Below, piece after piece: positions 24,439-31,378 of a stretch of 35,497 nucleotides of DNA. The position numbers and the translations under genes are program-made. This DNA is from Candidatus Omnitrophota bacterium (GTDB lineage: Bacteria > Omnitrophota > Gorgyraeia > Gygaellales > Profunditerraquicolaceae), in NCBI GenBank assembly GCA_041308885.1, contig JBFZAQ010000203.1, positions 1-35,497 of the forward strand, given 5' to 3'. The notes under the pieces were generated by a model that was given only the letters and a program-made list of their open reading frames with translations, was not told where the DNA came from and searched no databases. Position 1 is the stretch's first letter. The number at the start of each line of letters is the position of its first letter.

Positions 24439-25122
24439 CTACATACCCTGCGGAATCCCTCTGTGATGATGCGCATAAAAACTCTTAATAATCTGCACCA
24501 CTTCCTTAGGATTGTCGGTAACGGTAAATATCTGCAAATCTTCCTGACTGATGTTACCGTTTTTTAACACCGTGGATTTTATCCATTCAATCATCCCTTT
24601 CCAATACTCTTTTCCCATGAGAATTACGGGAAAACGGGGTATACGTTTGGTCTGAATAAGATTGATAGCTTCGGTAAATTCATCCAGGGTGCCGTAACCG
24701 CCAGGCATGATCACAAAGGCTTTGGCGTATTTGACAAACATTACTTTACGGACGAAAAAATATTTAAACTCCAATAACAAGCCAACGAATTTATTCGACT
24801 TCTGTTCCATCGGCAGTTCAATATTCAAACCTATCGACTGCCCGCCGGCGCGCCGGGCCCCGCGATTGGCCGCCTCCATCATCCCCGGTCCGCTGCCGGT
24901 AATGATCGCGTAGCCTTCCCTGGCTAAAAGAAATGCGGTTTCTTCGGCTAACTTATAGTATTTCTCATTCGGCGCTTTCTGACGGCTGGAACCAAAAAAA
25001 GATACGGCCTTGCCGACCTTCGAAAGGATCTCAAACCCTTCCACGAATTCCGACATAATTCGGAATATCCGCCAGGTGTCTTCGGTGGTAAAATCATCCT
25101 TGAGCATCCTATGCTTAGCCAT
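24439..25122 (-). CDS. LOG-family (TIGR00730-type) nucleotide 5'-monophosphate nucleosidase / cytokinin riboside 5'-monophosphate phosphoribohydrolase-like protein
   Basis: GSGPGMMEAANRGA and PGGYGTLDEF signature motifs. ATG 25122 has GGAGG 5 nt upstream. The track start (25167) lies inside repeat copy A5. Confidence 0.85.
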   Translation of the reverse strand: MAKHRMLKDDFTTEDTWRIFRIMSEFVEGFEILSKVGKAVSFFGSSRQKAPNEKYYKLAEETAFLLAREGYAIITGSGPGMMEAANRGARRAGGQSIGLNIELPMEQKSNKFVGLLLEFKYFFVRKVMFVKYAKAFVIMPGGYGTLDEFTEAINLIQTKRIPRFPVILMGKEYWKGMIEWIKSTVLKNGNISQEDLQIFTVTDNPKEVVQIIKSFYAHHHRGIPQGM

Positions 25123-25135
25123 AAATACCTCCGGT

Positions 25136-25250
25136 AAAATTTCCAATGACCAAGTCCCAAATCCCAATGAATGACCAATTACTAAATCCCAATTGAATAT
25201 TGGTCATTGGGATTTCATTGGGATTTGGGGCTTGGAATTTGGTCATTAAA
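25136..25250. repeat. family-A element, copy A5
   Basis: AAAATTTCCAATGACCAAGTCCCAAATCCCAATGAATGACCAATTACTAAATCCCAATTG, then the inverted arm ATTGGTCATTGGGATTTCATTGGGATTTGGGGCTTGGAATTTGGTCATT. It begins 20 nt downstream of the purSL stop. Confidence 0.9.
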
Positions 25251-25270
25251 TTACTATAATTTTTTTCCGC

Positions 25271-28213
25271 TTACCAGCGTAACGGTCTCTGCCAGGCTTC
25301 TTTTAACTGCGCGATATCGGCTTTTACGCACACTTTGCCGTTCAAACCATGGACGGTAAAATATTCCTTATCGGACAGGCAGCCGATTAACCCCAGCGGC
25401 ACGCCGGTTAACGCGCGCTCAAATTCTTTCTGCTTGCTCTTTTCCACTTCCACGATAAATCGCGAATTAGACTCCGAGAACAACAAAACATCATTTCTTA
25501 CGTCCTGCGTCTTGCGTCCTGCGTCTTGCGTCCGGTATGGGATTTCTCCGGCAAACATCTCCATCCCCAGCCCTCCGGCAAACGCCATCTCCGCGGCGGC
25601 CACGGCAATGCCGCCCTCCGAACAATCATGCAGGGAGCTGACCAACCCTAAGGCTGTAGCCCGGTTTAAGGCGGCAAAAATCTTAATCGCCACGCTACAA
25701 TCAACCCGCGGCACGCTGTTGCCCAGCGCCCCAAGCAAAGCATAATACTGCGAACCGCCTAATTCTTCTTTCGTCTCTCCGACGGCATAAATCAGGCCGC
25801 CGGGGCGCTTAGCGTACATGGAAACTGCCTTACGCGCGTCCTCCATCACCGCTATGGCGCTGATCAAGAGCGTCCCCGGGATGGCTAAGGATTTCCCGTG
25901 CTCGGTATATTCATTATATAAACTGTCTTTGCCGGATATAAAAGGCACGCCAAAACCCTTGGCAATATCATAACAGCCATAGGCCGCCCGCACCAAGGAA
26001 CCCAACCGGTCCGGTTTATCCGGATTTCCCCAACAGAAATTATCCAGTATCGCCGCCCGCTCCAGGGAACCGCCTACGGCAATAACCTGCCTCAAGGCCT
26101 CGTCAATACAAGATGCGGCCATCCAATACGGATCTATGCCCCCGAAACGAAAATTTATACCGCAGGAAATAACCAAGCCTTTTACCGATCCAAGTATAGG
26201 CTTAACCACCGCAGCGTCGGAAGGCCCGTCATTGACGATGCCCACTAACGGCTTGATCACCGATTGACCCTGCACTTCATGATCATATTGGCGGATAACC
26301 CACTCTTTGGAACAAATATCATAGCTAGACAACAGCTTCAACAGATACAAGGTCAAATCTTTTTTTAATGGTAATTTTGGCTGTGGATGCCGCTTTTGGG
26401 TAAAGACCGCGATTTTTTTAATATCCGGCAGGCCAGCGTGCAAGAAATCCATATCCAGATCGCCCACCTTGCGACCGGAATAAAATAACTCCAGGCGCTT
26501 GCTCCCGGTAAACTCCCCGATCACTGCGGCCTCAACGTTCTCGCCGGCGAACAAATCCAACAATTCGGCGAGGTTTTCCTTGGGCACGGATAAGATCATC
26601 CGCTCCTGCGACTCGGATATCCAAATTTCGGTATAAGAAAGCCCGCTGTATTTTAAAGGCGCCTTTTCTAGATCAACCCGCACTCCTAAATCCCGGCCCA
26701 TTTCGCCCACGGCGCTGGAGAATCCTCCCGCGCCACAATCAGTAATGGCGTCATATAAATCGCGGTCGCGGGCCTGCAGGATAGCATCCACCATCTTCTT
26801 TTCCTGAATCGGATTGCCGATCTGCACCGCGGAGCTGGAAATAGTTTCGGATTCGTGGGTCAACTCTCCCGACGAGAATGTAGCCCCGTGTATTCCGTCG
26901 CGCCCGGTCCGGCCGCCGACGGCCACGACTAAATCGCCGACCTTGGCGCGCTTAAAAGATTTATCCTTAGGCATGATCCCCACAGTGCCGCAATACACCA
27001 AAGGATTACCCACGAACCGCTCATCAAAAAGTATAGCCCCATTGACCGTGGGTATGCCCATTTTATTTCCGTAATCCCGCACTCCCGACACTACCCCTTT
27101 CATCACCCGCTTAGGATGCAGCGTGCCCTTAGGTAACTTACTAAAGGGATAATCCGGCGGCGCAAAACAAAAGACGTCGGTATTCAAGATCGGCTTAGCC
27201 CCCAAACCCGTGCCTAAGGGATCCCGGATAACCCCGCCTACTCCGGTATTAGCCCCGCCGAATGGCTCCAAGGCCGACGGATGATTATGGGTCTCTACCT
27301 TGAAACAGACATTATTCTCTTTATCGAACTCGATCACCCCGGAATTATCATGGAACACCGAAACGCACCAGGACTTATTCAGATCTTGAGTAACCTTCAT
27401 GATCGTGGATTTTAGAAGATTATCGATTAATCTAGGTTTTAGGTTATAGGTTATAGGTTTTAGCTTACTTAATAACTTTTCCCGATATTCTATTTTTCCG
27501 CGAAAGGTCTTATGCGCGCAATGCTCCGACCAGGTCTGGGCAATAGTTTCCAACTCGCAATCGGTGGGATTGCGCTTTATTTTCTGGAAGTATTTCTTAA
27601 TCATGCGCATTTCCGCTAGATTCAAAAACAACTGCCCAGTCTTACTAATTTCCTGCAGTTTCTTATCCGAGGCACCGATTAAATCTACGGTAATCAATTT
27701 GAATTTAGGCTCGCTTTTTTCTTTTTCCTGTCCCCTGTCCCCTGACCCCTGTCCCCTGACCACATGCTGTATCAATTTATTATACAGCAGCTTCTCCGTA
27801 ATCATCTTAAACTGCGCATCCGTAAGCTTGCCCTCAATTATATATTTCTTCGCCGTCTTAAAAGCAGCAACTCCGTCAATGCCGAGATCGCGAATTCCCT
27901 TAAGCGCTGATTCTTCCACCGGGTCCATGACCCCGGGGTTATAGGCTACCTCCACCACGCGGTCAGCGTTAATTCCGGAAGTTAAAATGGTAGGCCGATT
28001 GATATAGCAGTCTTGAGAAACGGGGTCAACTAACAGCTGGCTGCAGATTGTTGCAACTTGATTTTGGGCAAGCGTTCCGTCTAGAGTATAAACCTGGATG
28101 AACCGGACACCCTTAACCGCCTTTACGCCTAGATCAATAATGTCTTTTTTAACCCCCGCGCCAACCGCGTCAAAAATACCCGGCTTATCGGCAATTTCTA
28201 TTTTCCAAGACAT
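25271..28213 (-). CDS. purL: phosphoribosylformylglycinamidine synthase, PurS-PurS-PurL fusion (PurSL)
   Basis: Two N-terminal PurS-like repeats (IADKPGIFDAVGAGVKKDIIDLG...VRFIQVY and VAYNPGVMDPVEESALKGIRDLG...). The PurL core follows (SEHCAHKTF, VETHNHPS, GNPLVYCGTVG, two AIR-synthase-like halves). It carries three in-frame heptamer tracts. Confidence 0.9.
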   Translation of the reverse strand: MSWKIEIADKPGIFDAVGAGVKKDIIDLGVKAVKGVRFIQVYTLDGTLAQNQVATICSQLLVDPVSQDCYINRPTILTSGINADRVVEVAYNPGVMDPVEESALKGIRDLGIDGVAAFKTAKKYIIEGKLTDAQFKMITEKLLYNKLIQHVVRGQGSGDRGQEKEKSEPKFKLITVDLIGASDKKLQEISKTGQLFLNLAEMRMIKKYFQKIKRNPTDCELETIAQTWSEHCAHKTFRGKIEYREKLLSKLKPITYNLKPRLIDNLLKSTIMKVTQDLNKSWCVSVFHDNSGVIEFDKENNVCFKVETHNHPSALEPFGGANTGVGGVIRDPLGTGLGAKPILNTDVFCFAPPDYPFSKLPKGTLHPKRVMKGVVSGVRDYGNKMGIPTVNGAILFDERFVGNPLVYCGTVGIMPKDKSFKRAKVGDLVVAVGGRTGRDGIHGATFSSGELTHESETISSSAVQIGNPIQEKKMVDAILQARDRDLYDAITDCGAGGFSSAVGEMGRDLGVRVDLEKAPLKYSGLSYTEIWISESQERMILSVPKENLAELLDLFAGENVEAAVIGEFTGSKRLELFYSGRKVGDLDMDFLHAGLPDIKKIAVFTQKRHPQPKLPLKKDLTLYLLKLLSSYDICSKEWVIRQYDHEVQGQSVIKPLVGIVNDGPSDAAVVKPILGSVKGLVISCGINFRFGGIDPYWMAASCIDEALRQVIAVGGSLERAAILDNFCWGNPDKPDRLGSLVRAAYGCYDIAKGFGVPFISGKDSLYNEYTEHGKSLAIPGTLLISAIAVMEDARKAVSMYAKRPGGLIYAVGETKEELGGSQYYALLGALGNSVPRVDCSVAIKIFAALNRATALGLVSSLHDCSEGGIAVAAAEMAFAGGLGMEMFAGEIPYRTQDAGRKTQDVRNDVLLFSESNSRFIVEVEKSKQKEFERALTGVPLGLIGCLSDKEYFTVHGLNGKVCVKADIAQLKEAWQRPLRW
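25497..25533. repeat. intragenic heptamer tract CTTACGT, CCTGCGT, CTTGCGT, CCTGCGT, CTTGCGT in purSL
   Basis: Read in register. It encodes RTQDAGRKTQDV shortly before the conserved LLFSESNSRF block. It uses the same heptamer as the purQ and purD inserts. Confidence 0.85.
27434..27468. repeat. intragenic heptamer tract AGGTTTT, AGGTTAT x2, AGGTTTT, AGCTTAC in purSL
   Basis: Read in register. It encodes (S)KLKPITYNLKPR about 12 residues after the AHKTF motif. Confidence 0.85.
27727..27761. repeat. intragenic heptamer tract CCTGTCC x2, CCTGACC, CCTGTCC, CCTGACC in purSL
   Basis: Read in register. It encodes RGQGSGDRGQ at the boundary between the second PurS-like repeat and the PurL core. Confidence 0.85.
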
Positions 28214-28231
28214 GGAGGCTCCGAGGGAAGT

Positions 28232-29137
28232 TTAATTCTTTGGGTCGCTTGCTGAAGAAACGCTGGGTTTCTTACGCAATAATTGGTCATCGGGATTCAC
28301 CGCGCGGAACATCGGCATATTGGCTTCCGTAGCCACATAGATAACATTCGGGTTTTGATTCAGGGTGTTGATCCACAAATAATGCAGATACTGCTCGGTC
28401 AAACTTTCGGCGATAATCTCCTGGGCGTCCCGGATGCCTTTAGCCTCTACTCGTTTGCGCTCGGCTTCCTGCGTTTCTTTCTGCAAAATAAATTTCATCC
28501 GTTCGGCATCCTGCTCGGCGCGCAGCTTCTGTTCAATGGCTTGGCCGAGAGTCGCGGGGAGCTTCATGCCGCGCAGAAGCACGCTCTCTAAAATAATGCC
28601 CCGTTCGGCTAAAATCGCCTTTAAAGAGCTAAGAATGGCCTGGGCCAGCATTTCCCTTTCCGAAGTATACAAAGCCTTGGCTTCGTTTAAAACCGTGATA
28701 CCCCTGGCCGCCGCGCGGAACTGGGGGATAACGACGATATCTTTATAGTATGGCCCGATAGTCTTATAAATTTGCACTGCCCGGTCAGGATCAATGCGAT
28801 AAAGTATGGAAAGATCAAGGTTGATAGTCAGGCCTTCTTTGGAAGGCACCGGCATTATCTCCATGGTTTCCTGCGTGCGCACCGAGATCTTGGCTACTTT
28901 AGCTAACGGGTTAACCAGATTAAGGCCACTGGAAAGCGGCCGCGGAGAAACTCGCCCGAAGAAATCCACAACTCCGACATATCCGGCCGGGACTACGCGT
29001 GCGGAGCTGAATAATATGCCCGCGGCTAAGCCGATAATCGTGGTCACTAAAATCGGCCGAGCCGATCCGGTCTTAGTCACTTGGATAAATACGATACCGA
29101 TAATGAATCCGAAAGCCAAGATTATCAGCAAACCCAT
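28232..29137 (-). CDS. SPFH/prohibitin-family membrane protein
   Basis: TM segments, then VVPAGYVGVVDFFGRV...NLDLSILYRIDP..., and a coiled-coil EQKLRAEQDAERMKF. ATG 29137 has GGAGG 5 nt upstream. The track start at 29209 is a GTG in another ORF's territory. Confidence 0.85.
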   Translation of the reverse strand: MGLLIILAFGFIIGIVFIQVTKTGSARPILVTTIIGLAAGILFSSARVVPAGYVGVVDFFGRVSPRPLSSGLNLVNPLAKVAKISVRTQETMEIMPVPSKEGLTINLDLSILYRIDPDRAVQIYKTIGPYYKDIVVIPQFRAAARGITVLNEAKALYTSEREMLAQAILSSLKAILAERGIILESVLLRGMKLPATLGQAIEQKLRAEQDAERMKFILQKETQEAERKRVEAKGIRDAQEIIAESLTEQYLHYLWINTLNQNPNVIYVATEANMPMFRAVNPDDQLLRKKPSVSSASDPKN

Positions 29138-29160
29138 ATTATCCTCCTCGGTTAAAAAAA

Positions 29161-29337
29161 TTACCGCCGCGGCCTGCGTGACTTGCCGTATCCTTGAAAC
29201 GCTTTCCACAACGATGCCGACACCAACCCCACCAGCGCGGCCGCTATCAGCGCCCCCGGTTTAATCCGGCGCTTAATAATTACATAGACCAACCCAATCA
29301 GAAAACCAATTATTGTACCCAGAACTATTATAACCAT
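29161..29337 (-). CDS. small (58 aa) two-helix membrane protein, not in ORF track
   Basis: My translation from ATG 29337 to TAA 29161-29163 gives MVIIVLGTIIGFLIGLVYVIIKRRIKPGALIAAALVGLVSASLWKAFQGYGKSRRPRR. This is two hydrophobic stretches separated by KRRIK. It ends 23 nt before the SPFH start. No clear SD. Confidence 0.45.
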   Translation of the reverse strand: MVIIVLGTIIGFLIGLVYVIIKRRIKPGALIAAALVGLVSASLWKAFQGYGKSRRPRR

Positions 29338-29342
29338 TTTTT

Positions 29343-29375
29343 ACTCACAACTCACAACTCATAACTACTAACTAC
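29343..29375. repeat. heptamer tandem tract ACTCACA x2, ACTCATA, ACTACTA, ACTACAG
   Basis: Read in register. It overlaps the purB stop codon (29372-29374) and resembles the tract at 6144-6187. Confidence 0.85.
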
Positions 29376-30664
29376 AGTCCCAGCCGCTTATAAATCTTAT
29401 CCACATTACGCAAATAGTACTCCAGGGTAAAAATCTCCTCAATCTGCCTTTGGTTAAGGTGTTTGCGCGCCTGCGGTTCATCCAGCAGCAATTGCTTGAA
29501 ATCTGCCCCTTCCTTCCAGGAGCGCATAGCCAACCGCTGCACAATATCGTAGGCCTGAGTACGCGGCAACCCTTGCTGCATAAGCCTAATTAACACTCGC
29601 TGTGAAAAAATCAGCCCCTTGGTCTTAACTAAATTCTCCAGCATTGCCTCGGGATAAACTAATAGCCCGTCGACAACCTGGATAAGCTTCCGCAGCATAT
29701 AATCCAAGGCAATGGTTGAATCCGGCAAAATAACCCGCTCGCAGGAAGAATGGCTGATATCCCGCTCATGCCATAAAGCGACATCCTCTAAACCCACCAG
29801 CGCATTAGCCCGCACGATACGCGCTAATCCGCAGATCCGCTCGCAAACCACCGGATTACGCTTATGCGGCATGGCCGATGAGCCTTTCTGGCCTCGGGCA
29901 AACGGCTCCTCGACTTCCCGCACCTCGGTCTTTTGTAAATGCCTGATCTCGGTAGCGAACTTTTCCAATGACGCAGCCACTACCGCCAAAATACATAGAT
30001 ATTCGGCGTAGACGTCGCGCTGAATGACCTGCGTAGATATCGGCGCTGGGCGCAGACCAAGCCGGCGGCAAATGAACTCCTCGGCGCGCGGATCGATATT
30101 GGCAAAAGTCCCCACTGCTCCGGACATCTTTCCCACCGATACCGCTTCTTGGGCTTGCTTAAGCCTGGCGATATTACGCTTGGTTTCCTCGTACCACAGC
30201 GCCAACTTCAAACCAAAAGTCATCGGCTCAGCGTGAACGCCGTGCGTCCGGCCGATACAAACCATATCTTTATATTTACGGGCTTTCCGGGCTAACACCT
30301 CGCGCAGCTGCGAAAGATCCCTTAATAATATATCCGAAGCTTTTGCCAGCTGAACGCCCAATGTTGTGTCCAAAAGATCCGAAGAGGTAAGCCCGCGGTG
30401 AAAATATTGCGCGTCAGTTCCTATATATTGCGTGACATTAGTTACAAAAGCCACTATATCATGGTGGGTTTTAGCTTCAATCTTGCGAATCCGGCTGACA
30501 TTAAAGCGGGCCCGTTTGCGAATGCGGGATAAAGCCGAAGCGGGGATAATACGGCGGCCGACATAATATTCAATAACCAATAACTCTATGTCAAGCATGG
30601 TTTTAAACTTAAATTCATCCTGCCAAATGCGGGATATCTCGGGAAAGCTGTAGCGGTCAATCAT
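29372..30664 (-). CDS. purB: adenylosuccinate lyase
   Basis: A full-length fumarate-lyase-superfamily protein with the GSSAMPHKRNP signature. GGAGAGGAG lies upstream of the ATG. Confidence 0.95.
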   Translation of the reverse strand: MIDRYSFPEISRIWQDEFKFKTMLDIELLVIEYYVGRRIIPASALSRIRKRARFNVSRIRKIEAKTHHDIVAFVTNVTQYIGTDAQYFHRGLTSSDLLDTTLGVQLAKASDILLRDLSQLREVLARKARKYKDMVCIGRTHGVHAEPMTFGLKLALWYEETKRNIARLKQAQEAVSVGKMSGAVGTFANIDPRAEEFICRRLGLRPAPISTQVIQRDVYAEYLCILAVVAASLEKFATEIRHLQKTEVREVEEPFARGQKGSSAMPHKRNPVVCERICGLARIVRANALVGLEDVALWHERDISHSSCERVILPDSTIALDYMLRKLIQVVDGLLVYPEAMLENLVKTKGLIFSQRVLIRLMQQGLPRTQAYDIVQRLAMRSWKEGADFKQLLLDEPQARKHLNQRQIEEIFTLEYYLRNVDKIYKRLGL

Positions 30665-30694
30665 GACAACTCCTCTCCTCTATTAAGAGTCCTT

Positions 30695-30722
30695 ATTATA
30701 CCAGGAAAAGAGGGGTTTTCAA
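30695..30722 (-). promoter_or_regulatory. candidate sigma70-type promoter for purB
   Basis: On the minus strand: TTGAAA (30722-30717), 16 nt, TATAAT (30700-30695), about 30 nt upstream of the purB ATG. Confidence 0.4.
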
Positions 30723-30780
30723 TAGAATAATGGATAAGGGTGGGAATAAGGGTGGGAATGGGACAGCGGGATAAGGATAA

Positions 30781-31035
30781 CTAAGGAGAGTGCGGCAAGA
30801 CTAAGGCAATCATCTCTTCCTGTCCAGAACAGACTGAATCATCGGCGATCTTTTTATATTCTTTAGGTTTATGGATAGTCAACCAAATATGGCCGTAAGA
30901 ACGGATCCATTCCAACGCCGCCCGCTCCGGACCGATATCCCTGCCCACCTTGCTGCTCTCAATCCACTTATACCGCTCAATCTCCTCGGCTACCCGAGGA
31001 TCATCAAGCAGCCGCAAATATGCAAAAGTGTCCAT
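30781..31035 (-). CDS. small conserved hypothetical protein (DUF4032-like motif)
   Basis: EEIERYKWIESSKVGRDIGPERAALEWIRSYG resembles the H/YKWxxSEKxGxDxG...A..W motif I associate with DUF4032. AAGGAG lies upstream of the ATG. Confidence 0.55.
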   Translation of the reverse strand: MDTFAYLRLLDDPRVAEEIERYKWIESSKVGRDIGPERAALEWIRSYGHIWLTIHKPKEYKKIADDSVCSGQEEMIALVLPHSP

Positions 31036-31322
31036 GGTTTTCTCCTTACCCTAGTTCATTCTGAACCCGTCATTAATTTACCGGCAGGTCTGCGCTCGGA
31101 ATAACGAAAGGAAACGCTTCGCTATCAACCCGCCACATTGCCGTAAGACAAAAAGCGGGCGAATGCTAAGAAATGATAATTCCGGATTTTTCTGGGATAA
31201 CCGCAACTTTAGTTGTGATCACTACTGGAGGGTAAGAGCTTTGTTCGCGGAAAATACTGCTTTATAAATATATGAAGACGCTTTATTGCTTTATAGTATC
31301 TTACCCGAAAAATTGTTGCCTA

Positions 31323-31350
31323 AATATACCAGAGTTACGCTGCTTGTCAA
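31323..31350 (-). promoter_or_regulatory. near-consensus sigma70-type promoter downstream of phoU
   Basis: On the minus strand: TTGACA (31350-31345), 16 nt, TATATT (31328-31323). It starts 29 nt after the phoU stop and points into about 280 nt of non-coding sequence before the 84-aa ORF. Confidence 0.45.
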
Positions 31351-31378
31351 GCTATTTCCGGATTTCACCGACGATGAA

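Noticed and set aside
23847-25533. ACGCAAG heptamers (minus strand) as PurR-type PUR boxes, because ACGCAA is half of the E. coli PurR operator (ACGCAAAC/GTTTGCGT) and they occur in pur genes.
   Set aside because: The units are direct tandems with 7-nt spacing, not the 16-bp inverted operator. They lie deep inside coding regions. LacI-type PurR is a gammaproteobacterial regulator, and no such gene is seen here. The association with pur genes is biased because pur genes dominate the window.
19749-27761. Intragenic heptamer tracts as programmed phase-variation switches.
   Set aside because: The host genes are single-copy core purine-biosynthesis enzymes, where ON/OFF switching would be lethal or auxotrophic. 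Nothing in the sequence supports regulated slippage. It is retained only as a testable mutational-hotspot caveat.
1628-29209. N-terminal extensions and small ORFs that run through repeat elements. These are the track starts at 1684 (MVIHWDLEIGIWSF...), 11760, 24384, 25167 and 29209, plus ORFs 24948-25178 (MVIHWDLGLGHWKF...) and 11733-11936.
   Set aside because: The extensions consist of translated family-A or family-B repeat sequence. They often start at TTG or GTG. They are followed by an internal ATG with a good SD (GGAGG 5 nt upstream at 15569, 25122 and 29137) and a canonical family N-terminus. I treated them as artefacts of stop-free repeats and trimmed the starts.
30734-30757. The tandem 12-nt duplication ATAAGGGTGGGA x2 upstream of the candidate purB promoter, as a regulator-binding direct repeat.
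   Set aside because: There are only two copies, no known cognate motif, and no second occurrence in the window. The evidence is too thin to call.
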